From an uncultured Mycoplasma sp. (GTDB lineage: Bacteria; Bacillota_I; Bacilli_A; Mycoplasmatales; Metamycoplasmataceae), in NCBI GenBank assembly GCA_947039505.1, contig CAMQYZ010000003.1:47323-111322 (forward strand): a DNA stretch of 64,000 nucleotides, read 5' to 3'. Each line of letters opens with the position of its first letter. The stretch's first letter is position 1. Under the pieces are notes generated by a model. That model did no database searches. It saw nothing but the letters and a program-made list of their open reading frames with translations, and was not told the DNA's origin. The position numbers were made by a program, and so were the translations under genes. Shown in pieces: positions 1 to 12,708 of the stretch.

Positions 1-80
1 TTTCCATTTTTTTCCTAACGTTTAATTGGTATTAAATAAATTCCAATCACTTTTATAATATTTATATTATCATTCTTTAT

Positions 81-914
81 TTAATCTCAAATGATATTTG
101 TAAAGTTTAATATTTGTTGTCTAATGATTTTAAGACCTTTATTAACATCTGGTTCTCCATTTTTTATAAGTAAATTTCTTTTTTTAGTAAACTTTAATAA
201 TTCATTATATTTACCCACTTCATCTTCACAATAATCAATACCAATTTCTGTAAATTTTTCTGGAGCATGTTTGTGCATAATATTTGTAATTTCATAATAA
301 AAATCTAAATCACTTACTACTTCAGCTTTAATTGCTCCGGTAGCAACTAACTTTAAAGCATCTTTTTGATTTATTAATTTTGGCATTAATATTCCGGGTG
401 TATCTAATAGTTGAATATCTCCGGCAGAAATTCATTGCAAAGAACGTGTAGTTCCTGCAAAGTTAGCTACTTTAGTTTTTTTGGCTTGAGCCAATAAATT
501 AATCATTGTTGATTTACCGACATTTGGCATACCAACAACAAAGCACCTTAATCTTGGTTTTAATAACCCTTTTTTGGCATCTTTTTCTCTTTTTTTGACT
601 AAAACTTGTTCCAACTTTGCTAATATTTTTTTTCTAGATTGTGTTTTTTTCAAATTAACAACAACCGATAAATCATATTCATTATTAAATTTAGGTAGTA
701 TTTTATTTAACTTATCAACATTGGTATAATCACTTTTAGTAAACACAAACAATCTTGGTTTTCTTGAACCAATTTTATCAAATTCATCATTATATGAAGA
801 TAATGGTACTCTGCCATCCAAAAGCACAATAAAACAATCAACAATGTCTTGTTTATCTTTTATATCGTTAAATGCCTTTGCCATATGGCCAGGAAATCAA
901 TTTATTAAATCCAT
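81..914 (-). CDS. rbgA: Ribosome biogenesis GTPase A (YlqF/RbgA family)
   Basis: ORF pieces 87-386 and 432-884 share one frame joined by TGA. The N-terminus is MDLINWFPGHM. The GTPase order is circularly permuted: FTKSD (G4), then GMPNVGKST (G1), then DTPG (G3). The terminal TGA is read through to TAA at 81-83. Confidence 0.85.
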
Positions 915-979
915 TTTTTAATTATATCTTAATTATATGTGTAATTGTTGGTTTGTTTAAGTAGTTAACAAATCTATGA

Positions 980-1762
980 TTAATATTTTTTTAAGTAATC
1001 ATTTTTATAATCTAAAATTATTTCCGTTTCACTTGTTAATTGATCTTTTAAAAATTCATGAATTCCCTCAATAAAAACTTCTTCAACTTTGTGCGATACA
1101 ATTACAAAATTAATTCCTAGATTTTGTAATACAACTTGTTCATTTCACTTAATATCTGAAGTAACTAATAGATCACAATTATCAATCTTATTATGTTCAA
1201 TAAATTCATAGATATCTCCAGCACCAGGGGAAAAATAAATTTTTTGAACCAAAGATTCAATCGGTTGAGATCAATTAGAAATAACATAATCTAAATTCAT
1301 TTGCTTTTTAATTAAATCGACTAATGAACTAAAGGAAGAAGAATATTTAATAATTGAGTTAAATTTATAACGTTTAACAACATTATTTAATAGATTTAAT
1401 TTTTTTAATAAATAATAATCAGTTCCCATAGTGTGCATATCAAATGATGTATGGAGAGCATAAGTTGCAATGTTGTTTTTCTCCACTAAATCAAATAATT
1501 CTTTTTTTGAAGGATCCAATATAATAGCTTCTGATTTAGAGGGGGCAAAGCAAAATGGGTGATGGGAAATAATTATTGAAACATCTTCTCTAATTGCTCT
1601 TAAAATTGTTTTTTTATCAACGTCAAGAGTAATAATAATTTTCAGTTGTTTGTTTTTCGAACCAAAAAAGGAAAAACCACCAAAATCTCAGGGTTCTTGA
1701 GATTTTAATGGAAATTCTTTTTCCAATAATTTAATTAAATTTGCTTGGTTATTAATTTTCAT
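980..1762 (-). CDS. NIF3/YbgI-family dinuclear metal centre protein
   Basis: Hand-translated 261 codons with several TGA codons. Motifs include ISHHPFCF and ALHTSFD. The ATG at 1762 overlaps the rpoD stop by 11 nt, and the stop is TAA at 980-982. Confidence 0.7.
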
Positions 1763-3407
1763 TTTGGTAAAAATCTTTTAATTTCTTTCTTCTTTGAGGG
1801 TGTTTTAATTTTCTTAAAACTTTTGTTTCAATTTGACGAACTTTTTCTCTAGTATAACCTAATTCCAAGGCAATTTCATCTAGTGTATGAGATTTAATTC
1901 TCTCTCCATTAGCATCAACTCCAATACCATATCTTTTTTGAATAATTTCTTTTTCAAAATCATCTAAATGAGATTCAATCATTTCTTCTAAAATAGCTGA
2001 TAGTTCTTCTTGAGCAGCAAAATCAATTGGAGATATAACATTATTATCTTTAATGAAATCACTGAACGATGAATCATCTTCTTTTCCAATTGGTTTATCC
2101 AATGAAATAGGATCAATATTTATCCGACGAATATATTGAACTTTTTCCGCAGTAAAATCTTCACCATATCTTTCAGCAATTTGCTGGTCTGTTGGTGTTT
2201 CATTTAATTCTTGTTGTAATTCTCTTTTAATCTTAATGATTTTATTGATTGTTTCAACCATATGTACTGGAACCCTAATTGTTCTCGCTTGATCCGCAAC
2301 AGCTCTTGTGATTGCTTGTCTAATTCATCATGTGGCATAAGTAGAAAACTTAAATCCTTTTCTTCAATCATATTTTGAAACAGCTTTAATAATTCCGGCA
2401 TTACCTTCAGAAATAAGATCTATAAAAGAAAGACCTCTATTTTTATATTTTTTAGCATTATTAATAACAAGTCTTAGATTTCTTCTAATTAAGATTTCTT
2501 TAGCTTTTTTTCCGTCACGTCCACCTTTTTCAATACGTTTAGCAAGTTCAATTTCCTCTTCAGCTGTAAGCAATTGACCATATTTACCAATTCAACGCAT
2601 ATATCACTTAACAATATCACTTGTTTCAGATAGTTTGTTTTTCATATTTTTATCTGAAACTCTAATTGGTTTAATGTTGTCATGAATATCTAATTCATCT
2701 GTATCATCATAATCTTTCAATTCCAAATCATCATCCATTGAATCAAAACTTTTCAATTCAAAATCATCTGTATCAGAAGAAACATCTTCATCCATTAAAT
2801 CATTTAGATGAGCAGGAATCATATCTGACATATCAGCTTCTTGTGAAATAATTTTTGTTTCCATAAGGTGTAAAATTAAATCATCAAGATCATTATCATC
2901 AATTTCTAATTTTTTCTTTTCAAGGAACTTAAAAACTTTTTCTTGAGAAATGTGTTTATTTTTAGCATCTTTTTTGATTTGTTTTTTTAATTCTACTTCT
3001 AGTAAACCAACAATAAAATCAAATTTTGGATTAGACACAGTTGATGTATCTTTTTTTGATTTTGTTTCACTTTTAGCTTTAGTCACCTTTGGTTTAACTT
3101 CAGTTTTTGGTTTGGCTTCAGTTTTATCTTTTGTTGTCTTTGGTTTAACTTCCGCTCTTGGTTTGACTTCAGTTTTAGCTGTTTCGCTTTTAGCTTTTGT
3201 TACTTTTGGTTTAAGTTCAGTTTTTGTTGCCTTTGGTTTAACTTCTGCTTTAATTATCGGATCTTGTAAAATAGAGTCTATTTGTATGTTTGTAGGTTTA
3301 TCATCATTTGCAAAATTTGCTTCAACCGCTCTTTTTTTAATAATTGATTGTGATTTTGATATCGTTTTTTCTTGTTTTACACTACTTCTTTTTTTAAATA
3401 ACGCCAT
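1752..3407 (-). CDS. rpoD: RNA polymerase sigma factor RpoD/SigA with long N-terminal extension
   Basis: Pieces 2604-3407, 2364-2573 and 1752-2261 form one frame of 552 codons. Region 1.2/2 motifs are [24 protein letters not shown] and FSTYATWWIRQAITR (both Trp encoded as TGA). Region 4 is [30 protein letters not shown]. Confidence 0.95.
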
Positions 3408-3409
3408 TT

Positions 3410-5149
3410 TTACTTCCCTTGTTTCTTATTTTTTGTTGTGATTGAACTTTGTATTATTTTTGAAATAAAATTATCATCTGGATTTTTATCAACTGTTTTT
3501 TCTAGTTTTGATTTATTTTGACTTAATTTTATGTCCAATTTATCTTTTTCCAAATTATGAATTGTTTCCATAAATTCTTCTTCTGTATTAGGTGGATTTT
3601 TCGTTTTTTCAATTTCCTTTAATTCTTTTTCTAATTCTTCATTTATACTGAAATTTTCTTCATTTTTTTTCATTATTATATAATTTGCCAACTCCATATA
3701 TTTTGGAGTTCCCAAAAAAACGTTTTGAGATAAAAAAATTGTTATAAGTTTAGGGTTCTTCAACATTCCTAACAATAATCTATTAATATTAATAAATATG
3801 TAAGTACCTTTTATTTTAGTTGTTTTTTGTTCATTTGTAACATAATTTTTAGCAATTATTTTATTTTTTTCAATTTTTGGTGTCTTTATTGGGGTCTTTA
3901 TTTGAAGAATTTTATTTATTTCATTTACTTCTATATTTAATAAATCAGAAATTTTATTTGAATATTGTGATTTAACAATTGGATCACATAAATTTAAGTA
4001 GTTATTTATTTTTTTTAGAAAGGGTTGGATATTATTTGAATTACTAATATCAATCGAATTTATTAAAAATTGATAAATGAATTCAATTCCTGACATTCTT
4101 TCATTTAATAAATTAATGAATTTTTTTTCACCCTCATTATTTAAATATTCATCAGGATCATAATTAGAATTATTTTTGATAACATTTACACCAATATTGG
4201 CTTTCATCAACAAAAAGATCGCTTTAATGGTAGCTTTTAAACCAGCTTCATCATTATCAAAGAAAAGAACTATTGAATGTTTTTTTAATTTTGATGTATG
4301 AATTTCAGAGATAGAAGTTCCCATTAAGGCAACAACATTATCTAAACCAACTCTCGCAAAAGCAATAACATCCATAAAGCCCTCAACCAAATAAATTTCT
4401 TTGCCAGTTTCTTTTGCTCTTCAAAAATTATAAATAATTGCTGATTTATTAAAAACAATTGAATCTCCAGAATTTATATACTTATAAACTTTTTCATCTT
4501 TATTTAGCGATCTTGAAGAAAGACCTACAATATCTCCAAATTCATTTTTAATAGGGAAAATTATTCTATCTGAAATCGTTTGATTTTCTTTTTCATTAAC
4601 TAATGATGCATTAATCATTGTTGAGATATTATTATTTTTCTTTAAAAGAAATTCTTTGTAACCTTCTATTTGTTTTTCTTTAGCATAACCTAAAGAAAAC
4701 ATATTTTGGATTTTGGAATCTAAATTTCTATCTTTCAAAAACTTCAAGGCATTTACATTTTCTTTAAATGTTAAATCATAAGAAAACTTTTGTGTAACAT
4801 CATTAAAAACTTTAATAATATCTTTTTGATTTTGATTGTATCTTGAATCTTCAATGTACTCAAAATTTTTATAATCTATTTCATATTTTTTTGCCAGAAA
4901 AAGAATGGCATCTTTTTTAGACATCCCTTGAAATTTTTCTAAGAAGGTAATTACATTCCCTGAAACTCCACAAGAAAAACATTTAAAAAATTGCTTTTCT
5001 TGAGAAATTGATAGTGATGGAGATGTGTCATTATGAACAGTACAAATTCCTTTATAGTTCTTACCCACTTTAGCAAGGTTAATAAATTCACCAACAATTT
5101 CAACAATGTCTGATTTTTGCAATATTTCATTAATTGTTGATGAACTCAA
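3410..5149 (-). CDS. dnaG: DNA primase
   Basis: CHC2 zinc finger CTVHNDTSPSLSISQEKQFFKCFSCGVSGN. Toprim motifs EIYLVEGFMDVIA and FFDNDEAG. TTG start at 5149 sits 4 nt after AAGGAG. 580 codons with one internal TGA. Confidence 0.9.
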
Positions 5150-5159
5150 AATTGCTCCT

Positions 5160-6527
5160 TTATTTTTTATTTATATATTCTTTAATATCTGTGATTGATA
5201 TTCTTTCTTGTTCCATGGTATCTCTATTTCTAATCGTTACTTTTTTATCTTCTAAAGAATCATAATCAAATGTAATTGCATAATATGTTCCGATTGAATC
5301 TTGACGTCTATATCTTTTACCAATTGATCCCGTCTCATCAAAAGAAGTTGCTATATCATCTTGCACAAGATCTAGAAATATGTTTCTAGCTTCAGGAGAT
5401 AATTTTTTTACCAAAGGTAATATTGCTACTTTGTATGGAGCAATATCCTTGTCTAATTTTAAAATTATTCTTTCATCATTTTCAAGTTTTTCAACTTCAT
5501 ATGAATCAACTAAAATAGCCAATAATAATCTATCAACACCCACAGATGGCTCAATAACTGTCGGAATAATAAATTCATTTGTTTCTGGGACTAAATATTG
5601 TAATTTAGTATTAGCAAACTTATTGTGCGATGATAAATCAAATTCTTGACGATTAGAAATACCCATAACCTCACCTCAACCGAAAGGATAAAGGAATTCG
5701 ATGTCACTTGTACCTTTTGAATAATGAGCTAACTCATCTTTTTCATGAACTCTTATTGATAATGATTCTTTTTTAATTCCTAAAGACAAAATGAAATCAT
5801 GTGACTTTTGAACATAATAATTATAATCTTTTTCACTTCTATCAGCAAAAGTAAAAAACTCTAATTCCATTTGCTCAAATTCTCTAGTTCGAAAAATAAA
5901 ATTCCCCGGAGTGACTTCATTTCTAAAAGATTTTCCTATTTGACCAACTCCAAAAGGAAGTTTTAATCTTAATGATCTTTGGATATTATTGAAATTAACA
6001 AAAATACCTTGAGCAGTTTCTGGTCTTAAATAAATGGAATTTTTAGTTTCTTCCACAACTCCTTGAGATGTTTCAAACATTAAATTAAATTGCTTGATAT
6101 CAGTTCAATCAGTTTTTGAACCATCATATTCTTTCACATTATCTTTTAGAAATTTTGCTAAAAGTTCATTACTCATTCCATTTGCATTTTTCTTGCTTAT
6201 TTCTTCATAAATATGATCTGCTCGATATCTTTTATGATTAATTTTATTTTCTATTAGTGGATCAGAAAAATTAGAAATGTGTCCACTAGCTTCTCAAATT
6301 TTGGGATTAAGTAAAATTTTGGAATCAAGTCCAACATTGTTAATTTCTAAGTTAATAAAATTCTTTCATCATTCTTTTTTAATTTTATTGATTATAGCAA
6401 TTCCTAGAGGTCCATAATCCCAAGTGTTAGAAAGTCCTCCATAAATTTCTGAACTTTGAAATACAAAACCTGAATTTTTTAAATGGTTAACAATATCTTT
6501 CATGTTTTTTTTATTATTTACAACCAT
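5160..6527 (-). CDS. glyQS: Glycine--tRNA ligase (single-chain class II)
   Basis: N-terminal [22 protein letters not shown]. Motif 2 region is [35 protein letters not shown] and a C-terminal anticodon-binding domain are present. 456 codons joined across TGA codons. Confidence 0.9.
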
Positions 6528-6780
6528 ATTCCATCTTTCCCATAAATTTATTATGTATATATTTATAATTTTATATTAATATATCTTAATTATAGTAATA
6601 TTTAGGATTTGTATTATTCTTTGGTGAGTTTTATAGAAAAAATGATAAAATTTTTTTATTATGATTAACAATTTTGAACAATTTAATTTTTCTTTACCAG
6701 ATCGTGTGCCTAGCGGTATTTTCAATCTTTCTTTTTTATCTTGACAAGGTAATGCCATTAGTTTTAAAGAATCTTTATGA

Positions 6781-7650
6781 ATGGTATATTTGATTTATGC
6801 TCTATTAATAGTTAGTTGCTTTTTTGTTTTTATTTTTAAAGATAATGTTAGAAAATTTTATTTAAGAAATACAAAAAATGTTATAAATGTTACTCAGGGT
6901 TTGGGGATTTTTATTATTGCTTTATCTAGTTTTAGAATAACAATCCTAGCTGTTGGTGGTTATCCCAATTTATGAGAACTTGTTCCTTTTCACTTTTGTA
7001 GATTATTTATTCTTTTAATATCATTTTCATTAGCTTTTAGACAAATACATTTAGTAAAATATTTTAGTGTATTTGCAATAGGTGGTGGAATTATGGGTTT
7101 ATTAATTCCGGATTTAAATAACTCAGAGTATTGAACAGAATTTGGTGGAGCTGATTTAGGTATTGATAGTTATGTTTTTTGAGATTATTTCTTTATTCAC
7201 TCTGCATCTGTTTTTCTAAGTGTCTTTTTATTAACATCGCTAAAACCTGTGTTTTATAAAAGTGAAATGGCTTATACAATTATTACTATGGCTTCATTTA
7301 CAATTATTTTATTCTTGACTAATTTGGCACTTTCAAATGTACCTGATCAAAGATGAAGATCTAATTGATTTTATTTAGGAGTTCCTTCAAGTAATGGAAT
7401 AGATGATTTATTAGCGCCATTTTTAGGACCATTAGTTTCTTATCCAGCAATCTTGTTTACCTTTATGACTATTGGTTCAATCATTTATATAGGTGTAACA
7501 ATGATTTACATTAACTCTGATAGTATACAATTCGTTTTATGAGATGAAGAAAAATCTTCTCATACTTTAAAAATAAAATTCATTCCTTCAGAGAATATGT
7601 ATAAATTCAAAGTTGGTCCTCTAAAATATCGTGAAAAATATAATTTATAA
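6781..7650 (+). CDS. Polytopic integral membrane protein, family unassigned (possibly YwaF-like)
   Basis: 290 codons under table 4 with six internal TGA codons. There are multiple hydrophobic helices. This is the only plus-strand gene in the first 50 kb. Confidence 0.6.
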
Positions 7651-7796
7651 TAGCAATAGCAATCATTTTTATATACTTTATTATTGATTAATCAAAACTA
7701 CTTGAAAATAAGTTATTCAGTTAAAAGTAATCTATGTTATTTAACTGAGCTAACTAGTAAATTTTCATTTTACTAAATCCTTATCGTCAAAACAAA

Positions 7797-7822
7797 AAAA
7801 CCTTTATTGGATTAAAGGTTTT
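7797..7822. terminator. Bidirectional rho-independent terminator between convergent genes
   Basis: AAAACCTTTA-ttggat-TAAAGGTTTT forms a 10-bp stem with an A-run upstream and a T-run downstream. It lies between the membrane protein gene (+) and tsf (-). Confidence 0.6.
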
Positions 7823-7845
7823 ATTTTATTTTTTAGTCAAAATTA

Positions 7846-8718
7846 TTAGTTTGACATTTGAGCTTTAACTTCAGCTGCAAAATCAACAGATTCTTTATTG
7901 ATTCCTTCACCAACTTCAAAACGAACCATAGCTATTTCAGTTGCATTTTTTTCACCTAAATATTTAGCAATAGTTTTTCCGCCTTCAACAACATATTCTT
8001 GTTCAGTCAATGTATCTTCTGAAAGTGATTTTCTAAGCATTCCTTTTAGAATGTTTTCTTTAATAGCTTCTGGTTTACCTTGTAAAGCAGGAGATTCAGC
8101 AAATTCAGCTTTTAACTTATTTACTCTTTCAGCAGGAACTGAAGATTCATTTAAAAACTCAGGATTCATCGCAGTGATATGCATTGCAATACCTTTTAAC
8201 GCTTCATCACTTGAACCTTTAGCTACAAATAAAGCAGCTTTTTGTCCATCTGAGTGAGTATAGTTACCAATGAAAATTCCATCTTCTTTAGCAAATTTTA
8301 CAGCTCTTCTAAATGAGATTTTTTCACCAATTGTTGATGTTGCTAAAGTTGCCAATTCTTCAATTGTTTGTCCTTGAGCATTTTTCAATTTTGCAGCTTC
8401 TTCATCTGTTGCAAATTCATTAGAAATTAGAATATTTCCAATTTCATTAACTAAAGCAATAAATTTATCATTTTTAGCAACAAAATCTGTTTCTGAATTC
8501 ACTTCATAGATAACACCAAACTTGTCATTAACAAGTGTTGATACTAATCCTTCAGCAGCAATTCTTCCTGATTTTTTAACAGCTTTAGCAATTCCGTTTT
8601 CTTGTAATCACTTAATTGCTTCTTGGATATTTCCACTAGTAGCGTCTAAAGCTTTTTTACAATCAACAAAACCACTTCCTGTTAATTCTCTTAATTCTTT
8701 AATTGGATTTCCAGACAT
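7846..8718 (-). CDS. tsf: Elongation factor Ts
   Basis: N-terminal UBA-like [37 protein letters not shown]. The EF-Ts core has [10 protein letters not shown]. The ATG overlaps the rpsB stop as TAATG. Confidence 0.95.
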
Positions 8719-9692
8719 TAATTATCTCCTTCTTTTTTAGTTTTAACTTCAGGTGTTGCAGGCTTATCTTTATTTGCATAAAGAGGTCTTGGAACTCAAC
8801 CTTCTGGTCTTTCTCTATTTTCTCATGGTCTTTTTTTGTATTCTCCACCTTCAAAGTTTCTGTTAGGAGTTCTAGTGAATTGACGTCTTTCTTTATTAGC
8901 ATCAACTGGCAATACAATTTTATCATCAGGTTGGTAAGCAAATTTAACTGTTCCATTTTTAGCTTCAACAATAGCATCTGCCAAAATAGTAATAATCAAG
9001 TTTAATGATTTTACAGAATCATCATTTGCTGGTATTCCTAAATCTACCAATTCAGGATCACAATCAGTATCAATAATTCCAATAATTTTAATATTTCTTT
9101 TTCTTGATTCTTTAATAGCAATTAAATCATCCATTGGATCAGCAATAATCATAAATTGCGGAGCTGAATTCATATTTCTAATACCTTGTAAGTTTTTTTG
9201 TAATTTATCAAGTTCTTTCTTTTTAAGAATTCCTTCTTTTTTAGTATATCCTTCAAAATTTCTTTCTTCAAGTTTTTCTAAATCTTCCATTGCTCTAACA
9301 CGAGAAAAAATAGTTTTATTATTAGTTAAAGTTCCACCCAATCATCTTTCACTTACATAAGCTGAATTTGTTCTTAGGGCTTGTTCTTTAATTACTTCTT
9401 TTGCTTGTCTTTTAGTACCTACAAAGATAAAGTTAGCACCTTTTTGAGCAGCTTTAAATATTAATTTATAAGCTAATTCTAATGATTTTTGTGTTTTTGA
9501 AACATCAATAATATGAGTATTCATTTTTTGTGTATGGATGTATGGAGCCATTTTTGGATTTCACTGAGATTTTCTGTGTCCAAAATATGTTCCTGCCTCC
9601 AATAGTTTTTTTGTTGAAACAATTTCACCTGTTCCAGAAGCACTTAAACTTGTTTGTTCAAGAGAAGCTTCTTTTTGTTGGTCTTCTGACAT
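8718..9692 (-). CDS. rpsB: 30S ribosomal protein S2 with C-terminal extension
   Basis: Motifs [25 protein letters not shown] and IIDTDCDP. Three TGA codons are read through. Hand translation reaches TAA at 8718-8720, giving 325 codons. Confidence 0.95.
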
Positions 9693-9899
9693 ATATTTTC
9701 CTTTTAGTTTGTTGTTTTTCTTCCTAAAACTTCAAATCAACTAGCATCATGTTTTCACATGACACACCCAATTGAATCCGTAATAGTGCGTATTTTTTTC
9801 ATCTTAATTATTTAATGATTTAAATATCTAAAATAATTTTAACATATATAAGGATATTTGCCCATAAAATGATTTCAAATTATCATTTTCAGAATAAAT

Positions 9900-11111
9900 T
9901 TAATAAACCCTCTTGGATAGAAAATTAATCATTTTTTCATCCATTATTTCTGGTCTAATCCTAACTTTATATAATTTTAAATCATCAAATAAATATTTTT
10001 CATTTTCTTTGTTATAAATCATTTCTCCTTTAATATTAAAATTAAAATATTTTTTATCAAAAAAACGATGGTATCTTACACACATCAATAAACCATTTTT
10101 CGGATCTATTGCATATGATTTTATTGACTCTTTATCTTTGTCAATAATCTTTTTTTCTAATTCTTCTTTTATTCTTCATTTATCGAAAATATGAGCAGCT
10201 TCTAAATCATTAATTCTTGCAACTATATTATTCTCAAAATTATTTTCTTCATATATTTCTAAATCTGAATATAATTCTCCTGATTCTCCCTTTAATAATC
10301 CCAATGATTTTCTATCTTGTTCTATTGATTTTTTAAATTTGTGAATTTCCGAATTAACACTTCACTCTTCTTTTAACTCATTTTCAAAAATAATAATTTT
10401 TTGTTCATTTTTGTTTTGAATAATTTCAAAAATAAAATTGACTAAAGTTTCTAAATTTGTTTGCTTACAAGTATTTTCTACTATTTGTTTGTAAGTTTTT
10501 TTATAAGCGTCTTTTCAATTTATTTTCTCAACAAATTTTACAATATCAAATTTTTTTGAACCATCTATTTGCTTTATAACAGAAACTATTCTGTTTTTTT
10601 CACTTAATTCCATTCAATCAAATTGATAAAATTTTAAAATATTTAAGAAGAGTGAATAAGTTAATCTAACAGAAGATTTGTGAGAGCTTTCTGTTCCATT
10701 TTTAATTAATTGACAAATAACTCTTCAACTTTTATCACTTACAATCTCTTCTATTGTATTTTTGAAAGAAGAGGGTAATGAGTATGTGTCGTCTTTTTCA
10801 TTATCAAATAAAATTCCACACATTCGTAAGACTTTTATATATTGTTTTATTGCTGATTTTGACGAATACATTGTAGTTGAAATAGGGGTTACATCAACTC
10901 CATCAATCAACATTTGATATGTATCATTTTTATTATTATTTTTTATATCACTTTTAACAACTTCTATTTGATAAATATTTTTAACATCAATTTGCTTAGT
11001 TTTTTTGTAAAGTCTGGTCAATATACCAAAAGGGTCTGTACCCATATTTCAAAATTGTTTACTATTAGAAAAAGAATCTAATATAAAATTTACCTTATCA
11101 TTAAGATTCAT
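9900..11111 (-). CDS. Putative restriction endonuclease with C-terminal HNH_2 nuclease domain
   Basis: 404 codons joined over TGA codons. The C-terminus carries DLEAAHIFDKW and NGLLMCVRYHRFFDKKYF, the Pfam HNH_2-type pattern. The start ATG at 11111 overlaps the methyltransferase stop by 11 nt. Confidence 0.6.
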
Positions 11112-12387
11112 TATTCAACTCCTGTATTTTTTTAATAATTGCCGTTATTGCATATACAGCAATAGAGTTTCCAGCTTGTTGATATAATTTTTCTTTTCTA
11201 ATATTTTGCTTTTTCACATTATTAAAATCTTTGTCATCAAATCCCATAAGCAAATATGCTTCGCGTGTGGTAATAAATCGATAATTTGCTTTTACCTTGT
11301 CGGTAGTTTCTAAAATTGTATTTTTTAAATTAATAACTCCGGCATTTGGATGTCTATCTTGTTTGGTAGTTACTGTTCTAGAATATTTATAATTATCAAA
11401 GTCATTTAATTTATAATTTAAATTAAACATTCTTTCTCTAGAAGGAGTTCTATTAGGTCTTACTTCAAGCGCTTCACTCTTATAAGTTTCATTATTATAA
11501 TTTTCCTTAATGATATCCTTCAAAGTTCTTGTTTTCAATTTTGATACTTTTTTAAATTTAGTAGGAAATATTTTTTCATCAAGGTCAATAATCTCGAATT
11601 GTTTATCAACTTTATAATTGCTCTTAATGGAAATTGCATAAACTCTTTTTCTATTTTGAGCAAGTCCATGATCACGAGCATTAACAACATATGTTTTAGT
11701 TTGATAGCCCAAACTGAAAAGTTCTTTTTTTCAAGCAATGTAATCTTTGACATGACGAGAACTAATCATATTAGGAACATTTTCCAAAAGCAAAAATTTT
11801 GGAGTTTTGTCAATTTCCTTAAGTTCGTTTAAGATTCTCCCGATTTCTCACAATAGTCCTGAACGTGTTCCTTCACCCTTCGCCATACCTTGATTAAAGC
11901 CGTGAAATGAGCCTGCAACAGATAAATCTTGACAAGGAAAGGAATAAGTTATTAAGTCAATTTGGCCAATATTTTTAAATAACCCCCCCCCCTCAATGCT
12001 GAGGATACTACCCTGGTTATGTGAAATTACATGCGCCTTATAATATTTGATTTTTCGATTAAGTTCCATCGCGTATATTTTCGCCAAAGGAGTTAAATCC
12101 TTTCCTGAAAAAGAATGATCAAATCCCGATAAATATTCATTCATCTTTTTTTCAGAAACTGTTTTGATTATTGTTTCAAATTTTGGATAGTGAATAGCTG
12201 CATAAGAAATTTGAGCATCTACATCTCATTCACTTGTTCCGACAACTTCATAATTGTAATCATAATTATCTTTTAAAAATTGTAATGCTTTGTGTTGTGC
12301 ACCGATTCCCGAAAATGTTTCAAAAACCTTTAATGTTTTTGATTCAGTTATTGGTTTTTGTGACAATTTAGGTTTTGTTAAGTTCAT
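11101..12387 (-). CDS. DNA (cytosine-5)-methyltransferase
   Basis: Motif I is FSGIG, motif IV FPCQDLS, motif VI ENVPN, motif VIII QNRKRVY and motif X GNSIAV. 429 codons. Contains the G10 tract. Confidence 0.9.
11983..11992. repeat. Homopolymeric C10 (G10 on the coding strand) inside the methyltransferase ORF
   Basis: Counted directly: aaCCCCCCCCCCtc. It encodes E-GGG-L between motifs I and IV and is currently in frame. Confidence 0.95.
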
Positions 12388-12708
12388 AGTAATGATATTT
12401 TAAACTGTTTAAATGTTTTTTAACCAGTTTTGCTGACATTGAAAAAACAATAAAATTGAAGAATGATCAAACTGTGACTACTTTTCTTTTAAGAACTTCT
12501 TCAAAAAGACTTAAAAGAAAATGAATAATTTAAATAATATTATAAATTCCATTAATTCTATAATTTAAAAATAATTGATAACAAATCCTCTGGGAAAAGA
12601 GAATTTCATGTTGCAGCATTTGATAGGAAAAGTAATTGATTTTGAGATTTCTAATTTAACCAAAAAAACTATCAATTCATTCTTTATAAAAAAGAATACT
12701 TTTTAAAT

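Noticed and set aside
2204-2401. Alternative-frame minus-strand ORFs inside real genes (also 11535-11753, 16279-16494, 23170-23358, 30764-30985, 44007-44228)
   Set aside because: They are out of frame with the conserved protein encoded at the same place. They appear only because the true frame is broken by TGA-Trp in the standard-code track.
2950-3441. 163-aa plus-strand ORF
   Set aside because: It is antisense to the repeat region of rpoD. Its F/L/S/V-rich low-complexity sequence is simply the complement of Lys/Glu/Thr codons. rpoD on the other strand has unambiguous motifs.
6576-6758. 60-aa minus-strand ORF in the glyQS/membrane-protein divergent spacer
   Set aside because: It has no motif, shows odd composition, and lies in the promoter region of two divergent genes.
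7898-9005. Plus-strand ORFs 7898-8257, 8522-8740 and 8703-9005, and minus-strand alternative-frame ORF 8699-8977
   Set aside because: They are antisense or out of frame within tsf and rpsB, both clearly identified. The same reasoning applies to other shadow ORFs in the track: 5380-5649, 18122-18505, 18593-18952, 22602-22814, 22841-23056, 23204-23404, 25794-26135, 49278-49541, 57622-57876 and 61867-62253.
9704-9802. 32-codon ORF MKKIRTITDSIGCVMWKHDASWFEVLGRKTTN ending 12 nt before the rpsB start
   Set aside because: It could be a leader peptide or a small protein, but I have no homology, ribosome-binding-site or conservation evidence. Short ORFs are frequent by chance in AT-rich spacers.
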